Below the pieces are notes generated by a model. It ran no database searches and was not told the origin of the DNA. It saw only the letters and a list, made by a program, of their open reading frames with translations. From Callorhinchus milii (taxonomy: Eukaryota), in NCBI RefSeq assembly GCF_018977255.1, contig NW_024704742.1, positions 33,234,001 through 33,298,000 on the forward strand: a DNA stretch of 64,000 nt, read 5' to 3'. This document shows, piece by piece, positions 12,328-24,724 of the stretch; position 1 is the stretch's first letter, and each line of letters begins with the position of its first letter. A program made the position numbers and the translations under genes.

Positions 12328-12712
12328 TACAACAACAACATCTTGCAATTACATAGCGCCCTCCATGCAGGATAGCGCCTAGGAGTGCTTAACAGTGGTG
12401 GAGCCTGACTCGGAGCCGGGGGGAGGGGGAGGTGGCCGTAAGCACGGTCGAATAGGAAAGTTTTCAGGTGGGACTTGAAAGAGGGGAGAAGGGGGACAAG
12501 GCGGAGGGATTGAGGGAAAGTGTTCCAGAGTTTTGTGGCGTAGTGGCTGAATACGTGACTTCTGATGGTGGAGCAGAGGGTGCGAGGGACGAGCAAGAGG
12601 CGGTGCCAGTTGAGTGGAGGCGCCGGGTAGTAGATTGGGGAGTAAGAAGGTCGGAGAGGTAGGGAGGTGCAAGAGAGTGAACACAAGTGTGAGGATCTTG
12701 AATTCGATCCGT
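12328..12712 (-). mobile_element. L2-clade LINE 3' end
   Basis: RIEFKILTL, FSHYATKLWNTFPQSLR, FKSHLKTFLF, then a (TTG)n tail. Confidence 0.8.
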
Positions 12713-14992
12713 TCAGTAGACATGGAAATGTAGTTGTTGTGCTCTATATTTACGGTTGTGGAAAACACAGCAATGGATTTCAATGCTTTGGAGTGACATC
12801 ATAAGATCAACTAAAGTGTGATTTTGTTTTATAGCAAGGGGAGAGGGATGGTTGGATATTTCCTATCGTTTTTTTTCTAGCTGGCAAAACTAGGCAAGTT
12901 CACAGTATTCCCAGGTATTATTATGGTTAGCTCAGCAGTAACATTTTGAAGCTGTGTGGATACCAACTTAAAATATTAAAAAAAACTTATGTTTTGTAAT
13001 ATGTACAATAATAGTCACAGACTGTTTCTGTTTTCCAATAGCAGTCACTTATTTTTATACATGTTTCCATTGCTGACTGAAGTCTGGTCAACAAAGGTTG
13101 AATTATGCCATTTAACCAGGTACTGACTTAAAAGAATTGATGACAATGATTAATGAATTAATTAATTAATTGATGAATCATGGCTGAATTAGTCAGGCGG
13201 GTCAATTGTGCCACATCATTGCAAGTTTAGCAAGAAATTATTTGCAATTAAGTTACTGAGAACTGTTCTGACCGGAAGGAATTGTATAGGTTAAATGTAC
13301 CCTGAAATTATTCTTTAGCTAACGCTTAGAACAGGTTTTAATTGAATAAAAATGTGCTGAAAAGGCGATTACTGTGGGAGCATCGATAAGGCAGCATTAT
13401 AGTTGATACAGTGCACATCTGGTGCTTCAGCACCTTAACTAGATTTTAGAAAAATATACTGTTCTATATATAAATCTTATCAACTTGTCTATGGTTCACA
13501 ATCAAGTACAACTGGAGTTCACAAAAACCTAGACAAATGTTAGAATGGTAGGTAAAGTACACAGTGTTTTAAACCTGGATTTGTGTTAAATCTACACCAG
13601 ATAAACAGCCACTAGATGGCAATGCTCATCTCAGAGAAATGAAAGATTCCTCTTGAAACCTGGACCGCAGTCATCTCTGTAATTCCCGATGTGACTGTGA
13701 GTGTAATCGTAAACTTCAGCCCGAGAGTGTTTTTTAAGTTACCTGGTTAAGTCATCTTGTTTGTTTAATACCTCTTTCCCAGTGTTAATCTGTCGGGGAG
13801 GGGCAAACATTACACTCTGTGGCCGAAAATGGACATTTTAGCAAATGAGCAGTTTATTCCCCAAGTCTCTCAATTGCTAGCTAAAGTATTACATTTTGGG
13901 CTGGAAATCATTTCTCATCCCCAGATGAATACTGTGTGAAAATGGCAAATTATTTGGAAAACCTTAAACGCAAATAGTGCTAACGATAGATGACATCTGG
14001 ACCCATGAGAGATTAAGCCTTGAAAATAGAAAAAATAAGACATCAGATTGACTTTCATAAAGCGTTCAGTTCATTAAAATATACTAAATGTGTTTAATTT
14101 CAAAACAAATTTGTGCAAATTATTTTTTTAAAAAAATCTAGTAAATGTGTGGTGATGTGACTGTTCGCTAAAGATAGCAATTCTTTCACTAAGTCTTTGA
14201 TAATATAATTTCCAAGTTAAAAACATGAGGGAAAGATATTGCTTGTGCTAATGATCAGCGTAATTATGGATCTTACTGCAACATTGCAACAGTACTTTAC
14301 ATTTATTTGGCTCCCTCACTTTGGGAGGATGTCACAAAGTGCTTCACACAGCTGACTGGGAGCCCGTGCTAGGGGAGTTGATGGGAGGGAAAGGTGGCTG
14401 AAAGCACAGTTGAAAGATAGGTCTTCAGGTGGGTATTAAAGATGGAGAGGAGTGAGGCGGAGGGACACCGGGAAGCGTTTCTGATTATTGGCCAGGACAT
14501 TCCAAGAAACTCCCTTCATGACATTGGATTTTAGGAAAATATGTCACCAATGGTGATGTTGGGATGAACTGAGGCAATTAAATGAGTTAGCCCTTCGACA
14601 TGTGAATGGATGCATTGATATGGCACCGTTTCAAGCCCTGAATTCATTGCATGCTTACATTGCCCTGACTGAAAATTAGGCTTTGCACTGAAGGGAGGGA
14701 GGGGGAACCAGCCAAAGGCAGTCACATGTACCTCTTATTTGCCACTTATAGGGTGACACAGAAAAAGGCATGAGACGCGATAGCCTGGTTGCCCTCTAAG
14801 CTCAAGAATTGGAAGAACCAAAGACAGGGAAGAGAATGAAACAAATAAAGTGAAACAGAGTCATCTGTTCTCTCGCCAGTAAAGTTTGAAACAAAGAGAA
14901 TGTCTATAAAACCAATATTTAGTGGTAGATTTCCTGAATTTTTCATTCCAGAAGGCAATGTGAAGCATGCTCATTAGTTTGTTAGGTGTTAC

Positions 14993-15067
14993 CTGTCCAG
15001 CTGAATCCAAGGTGGTCGGCGATAAGGTACAGTCTCTGCTCAGCTCGTTCAGAATCCTCCTGAGCAT
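14993..15067 (-). CDS. ANK2: ANK2 exon, death domain start ((D)AQEDSERAEQRLYLIADHLGFSWT)
   Basis: ctgtag|AT...G|gtaaca; 75 nt, phase 1-1. Confidence 0.94.
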
Positions 15068-16009
15068 CTACAGCTTAAATTAAGAGAGAATAGCAACAAC
15101 CGTCTATAACAGTTACAGCAAAACAATGTACTCAGTATCCAAACTTGGAAGACAGTCTACCTATTTGTGTTACTAACAATGTCTAATATCAAACATGTCC
15201 TTATTTCCTCTCCTTTAAATACAGTTGATCAGCTGAATTACACTGACAAGCCAGTTTGGAGTGAAAGAAGCTGACTCCTGCCTGAAATGTTTTCATCAAA
15301 AAAGGCTACTTTTTTCCCATTTGTTTCTGTCATTGCTTTGCACTATTCAATGTGTGATCATTTGCTTTATAAAACAGAAAGGTAATGGAATGGAATCCTT
15401 ACCTGCTCTTCAATGTTCTTCGCAGTTGATTTTCAAATCATTTATGAAGATAGTGTTAGCGCAGTACACCCTCAACAACTGACAGCATTTTAGTGTTAGG
15501 TTAAATGACATTCCTATACAGATCAAGGTTGATGCCAAGGTAAATATATTATTGTGATGACAAAATTAGTGAGGATTAAGATCGTCCAACAGTCCTTCCC
15601 AATATTCTTGATCCTAAAGTTGAATGTGTTTTTATAGTAATTTGATGTTAGCAGCAAGTAACAGAAAGAGATCCTAAGTCCATAGAAATTAAGGCATAGG
15701 AATAGGCCATTCAGGCCATCAAATACTGTATAAAGTGATGCTCACTCAACCACTGGAGCTAACTGCCCTGGTTACATTTTCTTTCCCTGTAAAGGAAATT
15801 TATACCATGCCGAAAATGACTAACCTGCTTGTGTACATAATCCACTCGTCTATATTATAGATTTCATCAAACTATCAATTTAGGCATGAAAACCATATCT
15901 GATAAATATAGACCCATTAGCCTGACCTCAAAAAATGGAAAACAATGCAGTCAATTATTAGAAAAAAAGGAAGATTTCTTGTACAAAATGAATCTAATAA
16001 ATTACAGTG

Positions 16010-17210
16010 AATATGATTCAGAAGGGGTAGATCTTGTCTGGTCAATCTCATAGACCTTTTTGAGGAGATGACAGCCTAATTTGATTGTGAGAGCCCATAT
16101 GATGCAGTGTATCTGGACTTCCAAAAGAAGTAGATAAGGTACCACATGAAAGACTCCTTCACAAACTAAGATCACTGGGTTTCAAAAGCAAGACATAGCC
16201 AAGGATTCAAAACTGGTTGAAGAGAAATAAACAGAAGATCTTTTTAGGAGAGCTGGGACAAAATGGAGGAATGTATTAAGTGAGGTGCCTCAGGGGTTTG
16301 TAATGGAACCCTCCTATTCCTTGTAAACATGTTGACCTGGATTCACAGATCCAGTGTAAGGTTTGCAGATCATACCAAACTGGGGGGAAACTGGGAATCA
16401 GGAGGCAATAAAGGTCTTACAAAGAGAGCTTAATGGAGTATGCACGTGGGCTGATGACTGGTAAATCAACAACAACGACTTGCATTTAAATAGCTCCCTT
16501 CATGCGGATAGTGTCTTGGAGCAGTGTCACTGAGCTGTGAAGGGAGGGGAGGTGACGGAAGTATGGTTGAAGAACAAAGTCTTCAGGTGTGATTTGAAGA
16601 TGGGCAAAGAGGGGACAAGACAGAGGGATTAAGGCAAGGAGTTCCAGAGGTTCGGGGCACAGTAAAGTTCAATACAGTTAAATGCGAGGTGCTACAAATA
16701 AGAAATAAGAATAGGAAACGCAAACACGCCATGTATGGGATAGAACTTTCCAAGGGGAAAGCTGAAAGCGTTCTAGGGTGTAGTTGATTCATGTCAAAAA
16801 AGCGTGTGGCAACAATAAACAACACAACAGAACTCTGGCTATATTGCAAAAGCAGTGGAGTTCCGATTCCCAGGGTCATTTTCAAGCTACAAAGTATTTT
16901 GGTCAGGCTGGACCTGGAATACTTCATAGAGTTCTGGTGATCGCGACACAAGAAGACTACCCATGCACCAGAGGCAGTACAAAGAGGAGCAACAACAGTC
17001 ACCCCCAGTGTTTGAAGAATGATCTACGAGTAATGATCAGACAAGCTGGGCTTGAAAGGAGACATCTCAGAGGGGACTTTTATAGAGGTGCAGAAGATTT
17101 TAAATGGGTTTGAGAAAGTAAACTTAGAACAATACTTCCAGATGTAGAGGGTAATAAGCACTGCAACAAGTTTTCCAGGAACGGTGGTTGAGGCCAGGAC
17201 ACTGGACTAG
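16010..17210 (+). mobile_element. Degraded CR1-type LINE RT region with an antisense L2 3' tail inserted at about 16467-16660
   Basis: GRSCLVNL, DAVYLDFQK, DKVPHERLLHKL, VPQG, FADHTKLG, KFNTVKCEVL motifs with stops and frameshifts. Confidence 0.75.
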
Positions 17211-17451
17211 TGTTCCATTTAGTCCCTTTTTATTTTTAAAATTCTACTTGTGCATGCATGCACACTCATGCTGTGTATACACGCATAGAATCCATAGGCA
17301 TGCACAAGAAGACATAAAAAAATAAATGGAGATATAGCACTATAAACAGCACTCAGTCTACCTGCCCAGAATTGAGTATGCAGCATAGGGGCCTCACCAT
17401 AAACATAGTGTTAGACAAAGATGTTCACAGTAACAAATGCTGTAAAGCTGG

Positions 17452-17620
17452 ATCCATTCACATGTTCAAGATGGAAGTAGATAAATATTTGTTCGGTCAG
17501 AGTATCAAGGGATATGGGGCAAGGGCAGGTAACTGGACTTGAGGTATAGATCAGCCATGATCTTATAGAATTGTGAAACAGGCTTGAGGGGCTGAATAGC
17601 CTACTCCTGTTTCTATGTAT
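17452..17620 (+). mobile_element. CR1-type LINE 3' tail
   Basis: ttcaagatggaagtagataaa...aagggatatgggg...gatcagccatgatct...gggctgaatagcctactcctg; a similar tail lies at about 11125-11296. Confidence 0.65.
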
Positions 17621-18898
17621 TTTATGTATTCCCAGCAGATTTAGAGCACAATTTAAACTTAGATCAGCCCTACTTTACTGTGAATCACATGTATTTCACA
17701 CTATTTCTCGTGTGAAATAGATTCAGATACCAAAGCTATCATTATAATCAGTACTGTTAGTCCAGAATGGCTGGAGACAGTAACAGAAAATCTCAAATCA
17801 GCAAATCAGGTCATATTACACAGCCTAAAAACATTTAAATTAATATCACTCATTATTAGGTTTTGTTTTAAGGGACTTTTTTTTAAGAAAGGAAAGATTG
17901 ATCAGGCATTATTTTATCTCCTTAGATAGTGAATCATATAACAATAACATATAAAGTAAGGTTTATGAGGCTTCCAGTATTGATTTCCCTCGGATTGATC
18001 TTGTAAAGTGTACACTCCAAATCCCCTAAATGCACATTTGTGATGGTCTTACAACTTTAGAGAAAGAAACTATACTAAACATCTTGTATAGGCCAGTGAA
18101 ACTACCAAAAAACCTCAACTGCTAGAGATGGAGAAACGTATCTGGAAAACTTGGTTGGTTGAAGAGATGCAATAGAAATGTGTTTACTCCCACTCCAGAC
18201 TGGTCATATCAGTGTAATTAGAGCTTTGGTCCCTGCAGTTTATCAACAAGACTGGCTTTGAAGTGTCAGGATTTTTGAGTTTCAATTTTCCCAGTCTAGC
18301 CAATTTTCATAAATTGTATTAAATTATATGAAATAAAGTAAATGTATTGAAACTAGAGGTTTCCAAATGTACTTTTTTTCTTTGTTTTTAAAATAATAAA
18401 TTGCTCTTAACCCTGTTTTTCAGACAAGAAATTGAAACATTCCTGTTGATACAGCTGGACATACGAGAGCAGATTATTATAAAACAAATAGCATTTTAAG
18501 TAATTCTCACATTTTACAATTTTGTATAAACATAGAATTTTAGATTTGACAACTTCTCGTCAACAGTTTTGCTGGTTGATTGACTTGTTCCCTGCAGAAA
18601 CGGGAGAAATCAAAACTCAAAAATGTGCAAGGTTCCCTATGAAATATATGTGCTCCCTGATTATAGAGTTAATGTTTCTTTGCTACCATTATCATTTTGA
18701 TTGTCCTTTTTTGCCTTTCCAGCTTGCCAATCTTGAGATCGGTCCAGCAGCACATCACAAAACATGAAAATCACAATGCCACAGCACAGACACTCACAAG
18801 ACCACATGATCGCAAAAGCATTAACTCAATGAACTGCAAAACTAACTACAAGTTCTGATGTGCTAGGCCACAGAGAACTCCAGTAGATCGGCTGGTAC

Positions 18899-21800
18899 CT
18901 TCAAAGTGATCATGGCCACTTTCTTCAGGAAATCTTTCAATTTGAGTCTCAACAGACTCATCCCAGATAGGTCTCATGTCAAATAAGTCTTCAGGAAGAG
19001 GTTGCTGTATTTCAGTGGGTTGCTCATTTTCAATAACAGAGCTATCTAAAGTGCTACTTTCATCATCTGATAGTGCTTCATGATCTTGCTCTTCCTGTGT
19101 CAAACGTTCAACCAATTTCGAGGCCTCATCACTTATCTCTTCAAAAAATTCAATGGAATGCTTATAGAGTTCAAAAAATTTATCTTTATTGCCTTTGGCA
19201 GAAGTAGATGTTGCTTGTGAACTTTGGCTAGTTTTGGTCTTGACTGGAAGTCTTGATTGAAATGATTTTGGCTTTGTACTTTCTGGTGTTTCTGATCCAG
19301 CGGGAGTACGGTCTGGCTTCTCCTTTACCTCTGGTTCTGTGTCACAGCTCTTCCCTTTAACAGAAAGCTTGGATTTCATCTCTGCAGAAGCAACAGTGTC
19401 AGATTCAGACTTGCTCCTGGGCTCCAGCCGTACTGGAAGTCTAGACTTGACCGACTCCACAATCTTTTTTGTTTCAAGTTCTGTAGACGTAAAAGAGTGG
19501 TAGTCTACTCTGTGTGCACCGGCCTTAACAGGAATTCTGGATTTTGATTTGATGGTATCGTCCGCTGGTCCTTCCTGTGGACTTGCTGGAGATAGGCGAG
19601 AAGGTGATAGAGCCCTGTCCCTTGGAGTCGGTTGTGCTCGAGGTACTGCTGTTACAATAGCAGTATGTCTGACAGGAAGCTTCGATCTAGACTCTGTGAT
19701 GGGAACTTGTTGGGCAATAGCAGGAGGAATTTCAATCACCGATCGTTGTTCTTCAGGAGACGAGTCTGATGAATCATCATCACTTTTTGCAGCTTGCTCT
19801 GAATAAACTGTCCTGGTGACTATAGAAAAGTCTAACTGGACTTGAGTCATAGATGACTCAAGGGAGGTAGGAGATTCCACATCACCATCATAAGTGAAGG
19901 GCTTCACTTCAGCCACTTCAGGTAGAGCAGAATCTTTCCTTAAGGACTTGGCTGATGCAGAGATCCCCATTTTGATTGGAATTCGTGACTTTTGTTCCGT
20001 TTTTGTGGCTATTTGTTCATCTGTGGCATTTGACCCAATGAAAGGCTCACCACTTGAGGCACCCGGAAGTGATACATCTGGTAACGAGTACTGATAATGC
20101 TCAGATTCAGTCTGAGCGGTGGGAACAAGCATGGCTTCAGGCTCAGCAAACGTCATCTCATCCTCAGCCCCTTCCATTTGGGATGCGTACGGAAAAGAGT
20201 CATCAGCCTGGTTTTCTCCAATTTGGAAAAAATGGTAGTTTTCATCTGTGTAGTTCCTTTTGCTCATGTCAATCGCACCACTTCGGGTCATTTCAAATAA
20301 TTTCCCTTCCTGAAACAAGAAAGGATTTTGTTCATTGGTGGGTGTACCATCCTCAGTGGGGGTTCTTACAGGTGTAATATCCGGAGTTGTTCCCTGGGAC
20401 CGTTTATCATTCATTGGACCAAAGATTTTCTGCTCTTCCTCTTTAAGACGGGCTGCAAATGCTTCATCGTCCTCTCTGATAGTGCTCCATGTGTCTACAT
20501 CGGGTTCAGTCTTAGTTATTATTATTTTGCTAAGCTGCTCTTCAGCTTGTTCTTCTGAGGGCATGTCTCCTAACGTAGGGTCACTTTGGCTCAGCTGAAT
20601 TTCCTTCTCTGCTATTACCTGAAGTCCTTGACGTTTGCTTTCCAGCCACAACGCAGCTTTCTCTTCTGCTGTTTGCTCAAAGTGCGGAGCATCTTCCTCG
20701 ACTAGACTCGCTTCCGCTTCCACCTCTGGAGCAAAAGGTGACATTTCTGAAGATTCAGTGTCTTTGGTGGAGTCACCAGTGGCTGTAAAAGAGCAGACTG
20801 CAGCAGCATAATCCAATGAACTATCAGTTTCATTACCTCCAAGAGTAACAACATTGGGCACTGATGGACAGGACTGTGAGTCAGCTAGTATATTGCCTTC
20901 CGAATCCAGGCTTCTGCATTCTTCATTTGGGATCACATCATCTCTGTCATCGGATATTTCTTCGCTTGTAATTTCTTTTGACTCCTTTTCATCATCTATA
21001 ATCTTAAATGTGTATTTTTTGTTAACTATCGGATGAAATTCAGGATCTTCAGGGCTAGAACTACCATCAGCTCCTGGTGGGACTGGAGAAGGCGGTTCTA
21101 CCCGAATAACTGGATCCATAAGAAGCCCAGATTCAGCCTCTCTGCTTAGCTGAGTCAGTTCTGGTTCACTTTCTGAAGATGAGGAACTCTTTCTGCATTC
21201 AGTATGAGATCTGAATATTACCTCTGCTTCATCAGGATAAGTGAGAGAAGAGGGAATGGGCATTTCAGATGGTTTGGTTTCCTTTTTGAATTCACGCTTT
21301 ATTCTCGCTTCCTGTTCCAAAACATCAAATGTTTTAATTTTAGCTGCCATTTTAAACATTTCCTCTTCGGGTGTGAATCTCTTCTTTGAATCACTCTCTG
21401 TGAAATCATCGTCAATTTCTTCTTGGATCTCCGGAATGGCAATTGGCTTTTCAGCAGCTGATAACACATGCACATCAGGGCTTTGGGGGGTAACTTCATA
21501 ACTGACCTCCTCGGAGCTGGGTGTTTCAGGTGAAAGGGGGCTTTTCCCTGAACTTTCCATCTGTGATATTTGATCCAAGCTATCTTCCTCAGTACTTTCT
21601 TCTGGAGACATAAGCTTCCTTGGTTCTCTACTTGGAGGTCCATCTCCCCTCATGTCTCTGAAAACTCTACTCCTTACCGGTATAGCATCCAAAGTAATGT
21701 CCATTCTGCCACTAGGTTTTTCGGGGAGCATTGCAGGAGCTGACGTCTCTTTCTGTTGTGCCATGAAAATAGCTGCACTTAGCTTGCTTTCTACAGGACT

Positions 21801-24724
21801 ACTTTCAAGAGAGTCTGGGCATGGCGATTCTTTAATGGGGCTTGGTTCAAGTGAATCTGGGGATTTGTGTGAAAATGTATCACCATCATCTTGCATGGGA
21901 CTAGCCTCAAGGGAATCTTTATGACTGATGGCCAGAGATTCGTCTCCCATTGGACTTAGACTGTCAGTATCAATAGACACTCCAGTAAGGGAAAGTTCCA
22001 TTCCGTGATTTCTTGCTGTGTATTCTGGTACAACTGGAGGTTTAACCGATGAAACCTTTTCTTGATCGTTTTCTTCTTTCAACTCTAGAGAGGTCTGATC
22101 ATTTGACATTTTTTCAGCACCAGGTTCTCTCATTATTCCTCTTGGCATAGGAACAGGGAATTTTGAGTCTTTGTCTTTGGATTTGCTGTCCGGTGAAATG
22201 TCATGACCATCAAGCAGTTCTGCTTCTTGTTGCATAACGGTGTCTGAAGGCGTATGGGTACCTTCACCACTGATGTTATCTACATGTAAACCACTGTCTG
22301 TTTTAAGGACAGAGACTGATTCACTCATGGTCTGTTCATCCACATCATCTTGAGTCGTTTCCATTGACTGTAATTCATCATATACTACGCAGCCAGAATC
22401 CGCAGTAAGGTCATTATCGGTGGAGTCAAAGGACTCTTTTGTTGCTAATGGTTCAGTTGAGCCAACATTGTGAGTTTCTGATAATACGTCTGCTTCCTCC
22501 TGAGATCCTATGGCAGTCACTGCAAACTTATCATTTATGCCAGATTTAATTTTATTGGAATGAACATCTTTTTTTATACCTGCAGAATTGTCAATTGGTG
22601 GTGTAGAAGATTCATTACTCTGGATTGGTTGATCCTCACTGTCTATTTTGGCAACATTTGCAGTATTGTTTTTGTCCAGTGCTGGCTCTTCAGTTTTCTT
22701 CGGCGAAAGGGACAAATCTTCTGGGCTTGTTTCTGGAGTCTCAGCAAGACCTTCATGTTTATAACTCTCCTCCGAGCTGATCTGAGGTGTCCCATCACCT
22801 AAGCTAAAACTGGGAGAGTCGGCGATGCCTTCGTGTTTTAAACTTTCTGAGCTGTCATCAAGAGCACCATTTGACAAACCTATGTCTGACAGAAATGCAT
22901 CCTTCACATATTCTTGTGGGAAACTAATGTTTAGACCGTGCTGAATTGGACTTGTCGCAACTTGCTCCAAGTAAACTTCTGCTTCTTGAGTATCTGACGT
23001 TTTCTTAAACTCTTGATATTTGTCATTATCTTCCAACTCCTCCTTTATGACATCGCTGAAATCGGTGGATGTCTTTCTGTCCGGACTGATCTGTAGATCA
23101 CTATCATGATGGTCATCACTCGTCACAAAGATTTTGTTTTGCCTCTCAAGATCTTCAGTAAAGACTAATTCGTAATTATCCACTTCAGAACACACATCAT
23201 GTTTGTCAACAGATATTATGATGGCTTGTGTATCTTTGGTTGAAGGTATTCCAATTGTTTCTTGAGATTGAACTGAACAGGTCATTTCTACATTTGTTTC
23301 CTCCACATCAAGTGGAATTTGGGTAATCTCAATTTTTCCACTGTGGTCTCTATGCATCTCTGACTGATGTACTTCGGATGAAAGTTCTACCACATCTGCT
23401 TGAGCTCCTTCAGCAACTTTCTCCGTGGACAAAAGCTTTCCTTTACCTTCATCGTTAGACACTTTAGGCTTATTTAATTCCTCCAAATCTTGGCTCTCTG
23501 CTTGTGAAGTAACAGATGAGTGCTGAAAGAGTCGATTCATTTTCTTGGATGGATCTTGTCCTGACTGAAAAGCTTTCATGAGTTCACGCACTGACATAGT
23601 CTCTTCAAGTCTTTCTGTCACAGTGGAGGGAACAGGGGGTTCTTCTTTGTGTGGTGCCCGTTTACTCGTTGTTGTAGAAATCTCTTCTTTTCCAGGAACT
23701 TTTACTTGCTTGCGCTGGCCTTCCTCTGCTTCTACACGTTTCTGAAGAGCCTTTACCTTCTCTTTTATGGAACCAATGGGAGTTTCTTCCACTAGAGGCG
23801 AGGTAGCATCTGAAATAGGTGGAGGTACTAACGTGGTTTCTTTCAATGACTCACTGACATCAGATCTAATCGTAACTTCATGCTGCATTTTTCTAACCTC
23901 TGTCCAAGTTTCAGTAGCTGAGCCTTTAAGTGCAGGATCTGTAAAAGATATTACCATGCTTCCTTCCGTGAATCTCCGAAGTACTGGTTTAGTTTTGCTG
24001 GGTTCTGATCTAGTTTGGTCTTTTGTGTCCAATTCTTTCTTCGCCACTGAGCCTACAAACTCTGAGATAACCTTGTAAGTTCCACTGTTAATATCCTTGG
24101 TAACAATAACAGCATCAAACGTTTCTTGAACAATATCTGCTTGGCAAACAGTTGCAGGTGCATTGTTTTCATGCTGTGTTAGATACATCCCTAGGTCCTC
24201 AGACAAATAATTCAACATTCCACTCATGTCTTTCTCTATCTTTACTGTCTTTGCTAGAGCTCCCCTATCAACTTTGCACTCTACAAATGGAGGTTCAAAG
24301 ACGTCTGCTGGCACATTTTTCTTAACTTCTTCGATTTCTTCATCGCTGAGAATAACCCAGTCTTCACATGGTTCTTCACATCTTGCACCATCATCGACTG
24401 CTTTCCTAGATTTTTCACCTTCGTACCTTCCGCTTCTTAAGATTTCACTCACTTTTTCCAAATCTTCCTTCACTTTTTCTACAATTTCAAATGGCTCTCC
24501 TGGTTCGTCTTCAGTTTGCTTTCCTACCTCCTTTACCTCTATGGGGCTTCCTTTACCTGTTGCTGTCGAGTCTGTTTTTAAGAGCTTAGTCACCTTGATC
24601 AAATCTTGTTTCATGTCAGACACATCTGAAAGCAAATCTGGGCTTGCTAGTACAGGGATATCATGAACCAGATGAGATTTTATTGCTGCAGAAATCTCAA
24701 TGGATTCGGTCCCCTCTTCTTCAT
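18899..24724 (-). CDS. ANK2: ANK2 giant neuron-specific exon (5,826 nt, 1,942 codons; giant ankyrin-B insert)
   Basis: Contains the 1929-aa ORF. Acceptor atgaag|AT follows an AG-free zone of about 88 nt; donor GAAG|gtacca; phase 1-1. Conserved motifs EEPGEPFEIVEKVKEDL-type, EETPIGSIKEKVK, NPFLFQEGKLFEMTRSGAIDM, DMRPIWDESVET. The exact acceptor could shift by a few codons (nearby AAG sites). Confidence 0.93.

Noticed and set aside
15403..15417. 15-nt segment with a strong donor (CAG|gtaagg) upstream of the death-domain exon
   Set aside because: It has a poor pyrimidine tract and an in-frame TGA in the incoming phase. A poison exon cannot be excluded, but support is weak.
16010..17210. Active reverse transcriptase gene
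   Set aside because: Multiple stops, frameshifts, an altered catalytic motif (FADH) and an internal insertion show it is a dead LINE fragment.
18846..24635. 1929-aa ORF as a standalone intronless gene
   Set aside because: It is the ANK2 giant exon. The listed start is an internal TTG codon, and phase-matched splice sites flank it.
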